Source: Chara braunii
Lineage: Eukaryota > Plantae > Charophyceae
Direction of reading: 5' to 3'
NCBI GenBank assembly: GCA_003427395.1
Contig: BFEA01000028.1
Span: 1,969,022-2,033,021, forward strand
Length of the DNA: 64,000 nucleotides
Made by a program: the position numbers and the translations under genes. Shown here one piece after another: positions 62,383 through 64,000 of the stretch (its first letter is position 1; every line of letters starts with the position of its first letter). The notes under the pieces are model-generated. The model was not told the DNA's origin. It did no database searches and saw only the letters and a list, made by a program, of their open reading frames with translations.

Positions 62383-62777
62383 TCAAGTGTTCAATTCCAT
62401 TCATAAGTCTGACACACTCCAGCACACTTAAGCTTTCAATTTCAGTCATAAGTCTGGCATTCCGGCTGCTGCATTCAGCTTCTCGCTGTACCTGAGACCC
62501 ACCACTGCCTGAACCTATCTAACTGGACATGTGCCTAACAGGACGCTGATTTGCCACGCCTTGGGCGTCGGAGGGCAGAGAATGATTTCGTGCTCTGCCG
62601 CAGACTCTCGACATCATGACGATCTGCAATCCGTTGGCGGAGGATGGCGTGTAGAGGTTCCTTTTCATGGTCGCCGCTCCAGGCCGCCTCACCCCAGCCC
62701 GGCTACCGAACCGAGGTGAGAGACTTCGGAAAAAGAAAAGGCGGCGTGGGGCCGGCAGTGCATGCAGTGGTGGTTTA

Positions 62778-62921
62778 GGGTCTCCCTCTACTACTCAACA
62801 TTCAATATGCATGTATCCGGATTGTCTCTGGGCCAGATACTTCTGAGCTAATCCAGCATTTCAAATTTATGCAAGGTCCAGATACGTTTAGAACGTCGTG
62901 CAGTGCAGTGCGGCGAGGCCC
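62778..62921. mobile_element. possible short Tourist-like MITE
   Basis: TTA|GGGTCTCC...GCGGCGAGGCCC|TTA with imperfect TIRs. Confidence 0.4.
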
Positions 62922-63121
62922 TTAGTGTCATCAGACAGTTCCTCTGTACTTTTTCTTTTTCCTTTCCCTCTGTACTGATTTACATCTGTTCTATACCTAT
63001 TTTCTGAATTTGTCTCCCATTATGAGCATCCCATCACGTGCTGCTCCCCACGAATAGATTAGAGCACTGTTATAAAAAGAAAAAAGGAAAAAAAAGCACC
63101 CATCCAGATTCCAGACTAGAA

Positions 63122-63181
63122 TTTTGTGAGCTGAATCTGGCCACAGTGTGGCGAGATCGTGGCCAGATTCAGCTCACAAAA
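63122..63181. repeat. perfect 23-bp inverted repeat
   Basis: TTTTGTGAGCTGAATCTGGCCAC-14 nt-GTGGCCAGATTCAGCTCACAAAA. Confidence 0.9.
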
Positions 63182-63675
63182 AAAGAAAAAAAAGGACAGA
63201 TCCAGAGCCGTCAGATTGCTCCAGGATGGCCCCACTGTGAGAATGTAGCCAAGAAAAAAAAGAAAAAAAAAAAGACAGAATGCAACAATAGTGCTCCCCT
63301 TCTGCTTTCTGCAGGGTGTCGAAATTCAAGTTCCAATCTAAAACCACCGCTACTACAAAACCACCACTACTACATCCGGGGCTCTTTTGTACGAGGCTTA
63401 CTCCCACTGCGGACCAAGCTTTGCCGAAACGCCAGCGCGACTTTTTGTTTTTTGTTTTGGCTGGCACCACCAGCCATTTTGGTCCGGTGGCCCCGAGCCT
63501 CCATTTTTTTCCTTTTCTTTGGTGAGGCTGGGGCCACGTACAGGCGGTTAAAGAAAAGAGAGGGTAAAAAGAAAAAAGGACACACCTTGTTCTATCCGGT
63601 TAGCCACTATTGATTTGGAAAAAGAACACTCGCTCCATTTACAAAAATCTTGTAATGAATTAATAATTCAGCATA

Positions 63676-63770
63676 TTGGTTCCACTTGATTCCACCACTT
63701 AGTTCCTTCCACTTGGTTCCATTTGGTTCCATTTGGTTCCAGCACTTGGTCCCACTCGGTTCCATTTGGC
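63676..63770. repeat. ~10-bp minisatellite (TTGGTTCCAY)
   Basis: Direct reading. Confidence 0.8.
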
Positions 63771-64000
63771 CCTGCCTGTTTGCTGTTCTCCATTCAACCT
63801 CCCTCTGCTCCTGGTGATTCTATAGGAATTGCCGCTGTGACTGACATCCCGGATTCCCTATGAGGCTATGACATCAGACCATCAATAACGGCCTTGCTCA
63901 CACCATTTACCTTTTTTGAAGTTTTTTGAAGTTTTTTCCTTTCTGTCCCAAAAAATGACTACGACAAAATGTCTTGCTTTTCACTTCATTTCCGGCCGAA

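Overview
This is eukaryotic, repeat-saturated intergenic DNA with six N gaps, several flanked by microsatellites. I found no intact host protein-coding gene, rRNA, functional tRNA or prokaryotic CRISPR-Cas locus. The plant-type U6 sequence and the repeat landscape suggest a green-plant/streptophyte genome, possibly a charophyte such as Chara (inference only). The window is a nest of transposable elements. Retroelements: four degenerate L1/Tx1-type LINEs (about 6.5-13.9 kb +, 28.7-35.2 kb +, 35.7-37.2 kb -, 53.6-62.0 kb -), a Penelope-like element (15250-20580) with ~795-bp direct repeats, a CCHC/coiled-coil ORF1, a PLE-type RT and a minimal hammerhead ribozyme in each repeat, two related solo LTRs sharing a conserved antisense ORF, tRNA-derived SINEs, short retroposed LINE 3' ends and two U6 retropseudogenes with TSDs. 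DNA elements: a deleted PIF/Harbinger element with several Tourist-like MITEs, a TTAA-target TIR family, and long foldback elements in (TA)n. Four signals stand out. (1) A CRISPR-like array of seven 33-nt hairpin repeats with largely unique spacers at 27356-27972. (2) The hammerhead-bearing Penelope-like element, in which no GIY-YIG endonuclease is visible. (3) A tandem double-pseudoknot plus stem-loop RNA motif with compensatory changes at the 3' ends of many retroposed sequences. (4) An unknown ORF apparently under purifying selection inside the LTRs.
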